From assembly GCA_020536535.1 (NCBI GenBank), contig JAHLWZ010000594.1, positions 1,533 through 65,532 on the forward strand: a stretch of DNA of 64,000 bases, written 5' to 3'. The notes beneath the pieces are model-generated. The model was not told the origin of the DNA, made no database searches, and saw nothing but the letters and a program-made list of their open reading frames with translations. The stretch is from Pelomyxa schiedti. Taxonomy: Eukaryota; Protista; Evosea. How positions within the stretch are numbered: the stretch's first letter is position 1; every line of letters begins with the position of its first letter. Positions 51,496 through 64,000 of this stretch are shown in pieces. The position numbers and the translations under genes were made by a program.

Positions 51496-53275
51496 ATGTC
51501 TCGGTATGATGCGGAGCAGAGGTCGGTGAGGCGTGTTGCTTTGCGCACGTGTGGATCTGACGTGAACACCCAGGCCGAGAGGGTACTCTCTCTTTTCCTT
51601 CTTGTGCTTTGTTGTACTTAAACGCAGTACAGTTGTTCAATGTTATCGATGAAGACGGGAGCCAGGCTATTGTGTTGGGTAAGTTCCACTTTCTCTTTAT
51701 TGTTTACTAAGGGAATGGTTTTTTTTTTTTTTTTACACAAAAATGTGGTTATATTCTATTTGCAGTACCGGAGAGGAGGTGCGTGTGCAGCTGCCTTTTG
51801 ACAATACCTGCTTCTTGTGCCTGCATTGTTCAGAAGGCTGGTGTAAATCTAGGAGTGTGGAACGCTGGACTCCATTGTGCAAACTACCTTTATGAGTACC
51901 GGCTCCCTCATCCCTACCTTTCCTTAATCAACACAAAGCGTTGTCTTTGTTGTTACTAAGCAGACTACCACTTACAATTACGATATCGTGGAATGCCCAA
52001 CCCATGGTTTGAGTTCTTGCAATGTGTCTATTTTTTACCACGATGTAGATAATGTGATGGTTGAAGTTGATATCACGCTTTCGTTTACTATTTTCAACCC
52101 TGAAGCTTTTGTGTACCTGCTCGGAGCCACTCATTTTGGTCTGTTTTCAATGCCAGTGTCTTGAGATTCATCATCCTTCCAGATGATTTGCTCAAAGCTC
52201 TTGCCGAGGAGGCAATTAGGACGTTGGTAAGATCGATTGATCACACTCGCATTTATGGCCTTCGTTCTTCAGCCGCCGATATTTTGCTACAGATTCTGAA
52301 CCATAGTGTAGGAAAAACCCTTATTCTTGCACTTCGATAACAATTTCAACAGTTCAAAGACTTTGGTGTCAAATTCAATTCTGCTACTGTGACTAAGTGC
52401 AAAGTACAATATTTAGCATTACTATCTATTAATCTCACGAAATTCAGCTTCCTGCTGATTTGGATGAAGCTCTAGAAAGTGCTAGCAAAATTAATTCTCA
52501 GATGCAAGAACAGATTCGAAGGTTTTTTCTTTTGATTTTACCGTGAAGTCAATACTTCTCAGCCAAGAGTTTGAAATCAAGAAGTTGAATGACAAGGCTG
52601 ACTTGGAATTAAAGGAGCTTGTTCTGAGGGAGGAACGTGTCGAGGCTGACCTTGTTGCAAAGAAGGACCGAATGGTTATTGAGATGGAGACAAAATTGAC
52701 CGAAGCCCAGCGCAAAGCCGAGCGTATCTTGATAAAGAACAGGCAACTAGCAGAGAGCTTGAAGGTCAAAGCACGTGCATCTCTACGTGATGATCAAACA
52801 AAAGCTCAGACTGAGGTATATATTCCCACCGGGAAGGATTCACCACTGACACATAAATAAGGCGGAGCAAGCGCTTCAAAAAGCTAATTCTGAAGTGAAG
52901 CAAACTCAGTGAGCACTCTTTTAAATAGCCCTTTCCGTACTTAATTATTCCTTAAGACGTGAGATTGACCAGTGGGCCGCTGAAGAGCTCCTCCAAGCAG
53001 AAGCGAAGCTAGCAGAAGCTGAGGCCAAGGCTGCCATGCTTAAGATGGAGGCCGATGCTGAAGCCCGAGCCCTTGAAGACCTTAGGGCGTCCAGGGCCTA
53101 CAAAATGAAAATGGCCACTCTCGAGGTCAGTATCTACCTTCAAGTGCAATAACCATCCTTACCGCACCAATAGGCACTCATGGACCTCGCTCGCTCAGGC
53201 AAGATCATTATGGCAGGCAAGACCGGTGAGACCCTTGTCAAAGCACTTGCCGAGGGTTCCGTTCAATGGCCCTAA
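51496..53275 (+). CDS. SPFH/band-7 domain protein with a C-terminal coiled coil, multi-exon
   Basis: Spliced exons give ...WNAGLH...YDIVECPTH|DNVMVEVDITLSFTI.NPEAFVY...EEAIRTL...FGVKF, then EA-rich coiled-coil exons. Cys-rich N-terminal segment. Confidence 0.75.
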
Positions 53276-53453
53276 ACCAATCTAATCTCACTACACCAAC
53301 CATCCCAACAAAAATCCAACTCCAAACCACAACCAAATGTCTAATGTCTTTTTATCATCTTCATTTGCTTCGAATAGACACCCACCACTTTGTTGCCAGT
53401 CCGTGGAAATCATTTTTTTTCCAGATAGTGTGCAGATGAAACGGCTTAAGGGA

Positions 53454-54333
53454 TCACGATGTGCCGTTTCTTTTTCTGACGTTTTTCTTGTGGGTGCCCC
53501 GCTGGGCCGAATCTGAGGCGCCTGCGCCCGATGCAGTTGTTGTGGTGGCGGATGCGGATGCGGATGCGGATGCGGATGCGGTGGGGTAGGTGGAGGAGGG
53601 AGGGGCTGGGGCTGCAGCACCGGGCAGGGCGCCGACTATGCCGATGAGGAACAGGGGGTACAGGCAGCACGCGATGGCTAGGCGCACGGGGCACAGCGCC
53701 AAGCAACAAGCTGCGAGGTGGTGCACTATGGGGGGATATCCACAAGACGCCGTGGCGCTGCTCCGCAATTGCCTTGAGCGGTGCCCCGAGTTAGAGGTAT
53801 GGGATATGTGGGCCATAACGTTTGGGAATTGGCATACCGGAATCCATAGACGGACAGGACACAGTGGACTGTATTATGGATTTTTGACCGTGTGAGCTAT
53901 CCCAATTAAAGTGATTTGATACATACAGAGAGACACAACAGACTCCAGGGTTTTCGGTATTGACTGATTCATATTCTCGAACCCTTCTTTTACTGGGTAC
54001 TTTTTATGATGTTGTGTTAGAGCAGGGCTTCTTGGTATTTTTGTTTTTTTTACAGGTAGTACTTATACCTTTCTCAAAAAGTATAAGTATTGCACCGTTG
54101 CGAGCATGTAAGCAATGAACGATGTCACTGCCTCCATGAGCAAGTATAACCTCAACTTATTAAATAGATAAGTAAAGTATGCAATATGACAAAGAGAGGG
54201 GAAAAATTACATTACTGCCACAAGTGACCTTGGCAAGGACCACAGCAATAATAGACAACCCCAATGGAAGGCCGTGCACAAGAACCTCATAACCACATAG
54301 CATCACAATTATCGCTTTCCTCGTCCTGGCCAT
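53454..54333 (-). CDS. Possible small multi-exon membrane protein
   Basis: Hydrophobic exons (MARTRKAIIVMLCGYEVLVHG...; ...LAIACCLYPLFLIGIVGAL) with GT-AG boundaries. Splicing not fully resolved. Confidence 0.35.
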
Positions 54334-54585
54334 TTCTTCTTCTTTCTTTGCTTTTGTTTCCTTCAACTAAAATTGCAAGCAACACACACGGAAGACACCG
54401 AAGTTTAATGTAATGGTACTTCACACCGTTTATGTTTGGTTTACCTAGGTTTCTCACTTGAGATATGTTTCTGATTATTCAGCTGAAATGCACTTCGGGC
54501 TTCTTGAACCGCTATTTTTCGAAAAGGCAACAACCATCACGCCACATTCACCCCCTACCTCAAAACAGTCGGTCGGCCCTTCAAA

Positions 54586-54987
54586 ATGTCAACAGACAAC
54601 AACAAGAACACCAGCAACAACAAAGTGCTTGAAGGTGAAATGCACTACGTGGAGCCTCCCGAGGGCGACCACTGGGCGTGTGTGGACTGGGCTCCAACGG
54701 AGTGCATGGACTGCGGGGAGCCCTTCACCCTGCTGTTCCGCCACCGGCACCACTGCCGTTCCTGCGGCGGGCTGTTCTGCGACAAGTGCTGCCCCATGCG
54801 CCCAGTGCCGGTTGTCGTGGCCCCGCCGACGCCAAGCACGGGCTCGTGCGCCAGCACGACGACCACCAACACCACGCAGCAGCAGAGGCAGTGCCGGCGG
54901 TGCCACGACGGCCTCCCTCCCCTCCCTCTGCCCCACCTCTCCTCCTGCTGTTGCAGCAACCACTCCCAGTCGGGTGGCGGCAACTGA
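54586..54987 (+). CDS. Small FYVE zinc-finger-only protein, copy 1 (133 aa)
   Basis: CMDC..F..RHRHHCRSCG..FCDKCC...RQCRRC, with eight zinc ligands and the RRHHCR-type PI3P pocket. Confidence 0.9.
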   Translation: MSTDNNKNTSNNKVLEGEMHYVEPPEGDHWACVDWAPTECMDCGEPFTLLFRHRHHCRSCGGLFCDKCCPMRPVPVVVAPPTPSTGSCASTTTTNTTQQQRQCRRCHDGLPPLPLPHLSSCCCSNHSQSGGGN

Positions 54988-55106
54988 TAGAGTGGCACAC
55001 ACCCGCGTATCACCCCCGACGAATCCAGCTGCAATGCACTTCGGGCTTCTTGAACCGCCATTTTTAAAAAAGGCAACAACAACAAACAGTCGGTTGGCGC
55101 TCCAAA

Positions 55107-55478
55107 ATGTCGACAGACAACAACAAGAACACCAGCAACAACAAACTGGTCGAAGGTGAACTGTACAACGTGGAGCCGCCCGAGTGGACGTGTGGGGAGC
55201 CAACGGAGTGCATGGACTGTGGGGAGCCCTTCACCCTGCTGTTCCGCCACCGGCACCACTGCCGTTCCTGCGGCTGGCTGTTCTGCGACAAGTGCTGCCC
55301 CATGCGCCCGGTGGCAGCTGTGGCCCCGCCGGCATCGAGCACGGACTCGTGCACCACAACAACCACCAACACCACGCAGCAGCAGAGGCAGTGCCGGCGG
55401 TGCCACGAGGGCCTCCCTCCCCTCCCTCTGCACCAACACTCCTGTTGCCACCACTCCCAGTCGGGTGGCGGCAACTGA
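55107..55478 (+). CDS. Small FYVE zinc-finger-only protein, copy 2 (123 aa)
   Basis: Near-identical paralog of 54586-54987. Confidence 0.9.
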   Translation: MSTDNNKNTSNNKLVEGELYNVEPPEWTCGEPTECMDCGEPFTLLFRHRHHCRSCGWLFCDKCCPMRPVAAVAPPASSTDSCTTTTTNTTQQQRQCRRCHEGLPPLPLHQHSCCHHSQSGGGN

Positions 55479-55572
55479 TGAGCCACTCAGAGACACACCT
55501 GCGAATCAAATTAGCCGAAAACCAAAAAAAAAAAAAAAAAACAACAACAGCGAGGCTGAACGACAGGGGACG

Positions 55573-56253
55573 ATGTCGCGACTGGGGACGGAAGACACGA
55601 CCAACGCGGACCCGCAGCCGCAGGCGGACGACGAGGGTGGGTCGGTGACAGTGGTGGAGTCGGAGCCGATGGGCACGCGCCGTGCGCCCCCGGTACAGTC
55701 CACACGGACCGGGTCATCGGCCAACAGGGGAGGCCCCAAGTCCGTCGCCGCAACCACAGGCCCAAAGAGGGTTGTTTGTTTGTTGTTTGTTTGTTTGTTT
55801 GTTGTTTTTGTTTTTTTTTTTTTTTTGTTTGTTTTTTTTTTTTTTGTGTGTCATTTTTCAAATATACACGCCAGTATTGTGTTGGGTTGGTTTTAATGTG
55901 CTTGTAGCCTTTACCACCTGGTTCGGAGTCATGGACGGAAGAAGAAAAAGATTTCTACAGAAAGGTACTTCCCCGCGAAGTTATTATCCCTTGCTTACGT
56001 CCTTAATTTCGTTAGTGGGGAAAACCGAAACCAACACAGCCCACCTCTAAAGGGGTATGTAGTTACTTATCAAGAAACCGTAATAATCCACAGCTACACC
56101 CGCCGGGCGCACACACCAAAGTCAACGCACAACTAACTGCCTCCACAGAAACGGTATGACAGTGCGGACCACGGATTAAGCAGTGCCGCGAATGCAATCA
56201 GAGAACAGTACCGGCAACAACCCAGCCATGGCCAAATTCCCCACGACCCCTAA
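55573..56253 (+). CDS. Possible small disordered protein, multi-exon
   Basis: GC-rich first exon MSRLGTEDTTNADPQPQ...GPKR, then a T-rich intron. Candidate last exon ...AIREQYRQQPSHGQIPHDP*. Confidence 0.35.
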
Positions 56254-56486
56254 TCATTAGCTTCCTCTACATTCTCCCCTTCCTTTCGGGTTGGTTCTTA
56301 AATCAAACCCTTCTTCCCTCTTGTTGTAGACAAACCACATCAAAAAAAAACTCATCCCAACTTTCTTTATTTTATTTCCCCACCACCCACAACACAATGT
56401 TGTGAATGGCTGTACATCCAGTAAAAAAGGAAAAAGTGTTTGGTGGTATGACATACATGATTCCGGCTCAGTTCAGTTCAGGTTCA

Positions 56487-60975
<4,489 letters not shown>

Positions 60976-61273
60976 GGCGGGTCCGCGATTTGGTTATTAT
61001 GGGAAATGGTCTCCGACGTTATCGCCCGGGTGTCGCCGGTGCTGTCGTCTTATCGTTCCGCTTTTTTTTTTTTCGGTCTTCCTGTATTTTCTTTTTTTTT
61101 TTTTGCCGTTCTTCGGAAACAACATCTTCTGCGAAAAACACGGAGATGATGCACCATCAAAAAGGGTTTGTTCCTACCAGCCAGTAAAAAAAAAGGGGAG
61201 TTGGTGTGATATTGGTGGATATCCCTGCTTGGGATCCAGAATAGGGGATATTGATATTGGTGTCTGAACTCTG

Positions 61274-62256
61274 TCAAGAGGATGTGGTGAGTGGCAGGAA
61301 GTGGGCTGTGATTATTGCGGCCAGTGGCACCGTGATGTTATCAACATCAGGGATAGGCAGGGCTTCTACCAGTGTGCTGACTAGGCACACGGCTAGGAGC
61401 CCACCCAAGTGCATTACACACCCCCCTGCACCGGCTGTGCACATCCCGCTGATGAGCCAGCAAGCAGCCGCGGAGGCTGCGTAGCCAAATACCAGCATGG
61501 CTCCACTTCCCCTCAGGGTCTTTCGGCACCACTTGGTCCAGTGATTCCGGAATGGCCAGGGCCACAGCGGCCCCCCGCCACATACTTCTGCCATTCCATC
61601 TCTGTGTGAAAGTTGTTAATACAATATATTAGTACAGTAATAATAGAATTGTCATTTAAATAATGGCTTAATACTATAAATACGCGTCAAATATATAATA
61701 CTCACAATTTCGATTTTGTTGGTTTTGCCAAAAACAACAGGGACAAGCAAAGCAATTAGGTTTTTTTTTTGCGGGTGGGCACGGCATACCCGACGCACAG
61801 CATCATCATGGCCACGACGCCTGCGCACGAGTCGAGCCAGTAGACCCACGACAGCACCACGTGCACGACGCCGTACATGGCGGGGCCCCGCAGCAGCTCC
61901 CTGGGGCCCCCGCCCCGCGACATCGACCGCACCGCCTCGTCGTCCCGCGCCAGCCCCGTCCCCGCCCCCACGAACTGCAGCGTCGCGGCCAGGGGCACCA
62001 GCGACGCCGCCACCCGCCGCGAAGTCGCCCACCCCCACCACCACGTCGCCCCCGCCCCCGTTACTACTCGAGGGTCCGGGCCGAACAGGAGCACGCAGCA
62101 CAGCAGGTAAGTGGGCCCAGTGAGCACGTGGATGGCCTTGCGGGAGCCCCGCGAGGTCAGGAACCCCGATCGGCGCAGCCACTGCATGGCCTTAATGAGG
62201 CTCCCTGCCACGCACGCCGTCCCGAGCAGAGCTACCCACACGCGCCAGTCACCCAT
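61274..62256 (-). CDS. CTP-dependent isoprenoid alcohol kinase (phytol/farnesol kinase, VTE5/FOLK-like), 2 exons (intron ~61602-61789)
   Basis: SRKAIHVLTGP, MSRGGGPRELLRGPAMYG, CVG|DGMAEVCG, KTLRGS, VEALP..DVDNITVPL, multi-pass membrane protein. Confidence 0.85.
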
Positions 62257-62447
62257 TTGATAGTGTGTTCTCCGAATGGTGATAAGAAAAACGAAAAAAA
62301 AAAAAAAACAAACAGCGAGCAAGAGGCAGCCAAGTTGGGGTGAAATTGATTAACCGGTTGGCGACACCCCCAAAGGATACTAAACGAAACAACTTATCGT
62401 GATTCCTTCCCTTTTCCTTCGGGAAGTCATCACTTTCACAGGGAAGA

Positions 62448-62696
62448 ATGCGAATATTCGTGAAGACACCCGCCGGAAAGACAGTCACGCTGGAGGTTGA
62501 GCCCAGTGACACAATCGAGAATGTGAAGCACATGGTACACGACAAGGAAGGATTCCCACCAGACACGCAGATCCTCGTGTCGGCGTTGACTGGGATGCAA
62601 CTTGATAGTGGCCGAACGCTGGCCGATTGCAACACACTAGAGGGGTCGACTCTCCATTTGGTGCTCAGGATTTGCAAACTGGCCCAAAAAAGCTAA
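62448..62696 (+). CDS. Divergent ubiquitin-like protein lacking the C-terminal di-Gly
   Basis: [24 protein letters not shown]...DKEG.PPD.Q...GRTLAD...STLHLVLR matches ubiquitin but ends ICKLAQKS. Confidence 0.8.
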   Translation: MRIFVKTPAGKTVTLEVEPSDTIENVKHMVHDKEGFPPDTQILVSALTGMQLDSGRTLADCNTLEGSTLHLVLRICKLAQKS

Positions 62697-62763
62697 AAAA
62701 AAAAACAAATAGACACAGACTAATAAAGAGCCTTTTTCCCTCAACCTATCTCAATGATTTTGG

Positions 62764-63815
62764 TCATAGCTCCCTCTTTGGAGGGATGTTGTGGGGCATT
62801 TCAGTTGTGGTGAGATGCAGCTCACTCTCAGTCAAAACGGGCACTTCAGTGCCAAAGTGTTCCTTGTTCTTGTGAATTCGAGAAAAATGGAGTGGACTTC
62901 TTACATGAAGGTTGGATAATATTTCAGTGAGACTAGAGTAGCTTGTCAGGTACTCTCTCATTTTGATAAGGTCCAGTTCTCCACCGATTCTTGCGAGAAG
63001 AGATTGAGTGGCTTGTTTAATTGCATCTTCAACGGTGTCAGCTTGAGCTGTAGGCCCAACTAAACTCAATATCATCCGTTGCTTGAACTGAGTGGTAGTA
63101 CATCGGAGTTACAGGTAAGAGTAGGAATATTACAGAAATAAATGTATTTAATCCGGAGGGATGGATGATGAACTGTACCGTTGGGCCCTTGTGATCCTCG
63201 GCAGTGGAGGCAATGAGAGTACAGCACCTCACAATATTGAATAACTCGAAGGAAACTGCCCTGGGTAATTCACTTGCAGTGATTTTTCTTTCCAAATCCT
63301 GATTCATATCCCTAATCGTATTCACTACCTATAAAAACAAAACAAAACCAAAGTAGGTGAATTAACAATAATAATAATTTTTAGTTCTGTCTACAGAAAT
63401 GAATTGTGGGGGGGGCAATTGTTTTACATCATCTCTACATATATTTCAACGAGGGAATACACACGCACATGGAGCCGAATTCTGGAAGCGGGGTCCATCG
63501 GCACGAAGGGGGAGTTGGCGTCCTTGTGCTTGCGCCTGAGCTTGTCGTCCTCGCCCCAGGGCTTTATGGGCGACTTGAACGTGCCTGGGATCCCGTCGAC
63601 CATGGCGTCCACCGACACCCTCACCACCTCCTCGATCCACGCCGCCCCCGGCGGCGACCCCGCCGCGGCTGCAGCGTCGCTCGGCAGCCACGCCATCGAC
63701 ACCGTCGAGAACCCCGGCCCCCCCTTGTCCCCCGTGCCGCCACCACTTCCACTGGCACAAACAACAGCAGCCAGCAGCGTCACCACCACTACCACAACAC
63801 ATGCTGATGCCCACA
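62764..63815 (-). CDS. Unknown multi-exon protein (start uncertain)
   Basis: GC-rich first exon (…GTFKSPIKPWGEDDKLRRKHKD…) followed by two GT-AG-bounded open exons ending ...IPPKREL*. Confidence 0.45.
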
Positions 63816-64000
63816 TGACCGAGACAAAAAAAAAACCCTTAAATTTGCCTGAATGACAGTTTGCACACACTACCGCCTCCGCTGCGTCATAATAACCGCA
63901 ACCACATCTTCTGCCGGCCACTGCAACGTGGTTGGGCTCCGAGAAGGAATTGTTTTTTTTAGTTGTGGCGGTGCACTGGCGTTTGTTTGCCGAACGGGTC

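Larger units (their letters stand above)
54480..55480 (+). repeat. Tandem duplication (~0.5 kb unit) containing the upstream region plus a FYVE gene
   Basis: Units start near 54480 and 55026 (CAGCTG.AATGCACTTCGGGCTTCTTGAACCGC) and end ...GGTGGCGGCAACTGAT. Confidence 0.9.

Noticed and set aside
53547-53580. (GCGGAT)n short repeat and the many poly-A/poly-T runs
   Set aside because: Ordinary coding low-complexity (Ala-Ser) and intronic or intergenic homopolymers common throughout the window.

Overview
Gene-dense eukaryotic genomic DNA with many short (mostly 35-75 nt) GT-AG spliceosomal introns and very short intergenic gaps. No operon, CRISPR, rRNA or tRNA structure was recognised. The gene content suggests an anaerobic amoebozoan, most plausibly an archamoeba such as Pelomyxa (inference, no search run). 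About 28 protein genes are present. Recognisable ones are a CPBP/Abi protease, Rap1, a spliced [FeFe]-hydrogenase fused to a flavodoxin-FAD-NAD(P)H diflavin reductase, Arl8, LAMTOR3, PP4R3/SMEK, a C2-TPR-PH-PH protein, SRPK, cyclin A/B, a Musashi/hnRNP-like 2xRRM protein, an N-acylated Rab5-type GTPase, a WD40 protein, a K+-independent H+-pyrophosphatase, a Sec7-PH ArfGEF, CAF1/CNOT7, an SPFH protein, two FYVE-only proteins, Yak1/DYRK, phytol/farnesol kinase and a non-conjugatable ubiquitin-like protein. Six intronless members of an uncharacterised family with an N-terminal 'HPRCG..SP' motif are also present. The most notable observations are the single-chain NAD(P)H-to-H2 hydrogenase, the expanding and recombining HPRCG family, a long UAG-rich intron suggesting splicing autoregulation of the RRM gene, and an ARA6/Rab5b-like myristoylated Rab. 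Exon boundaries were read by eye. Multi-exon CDS coordinates are outer spans.
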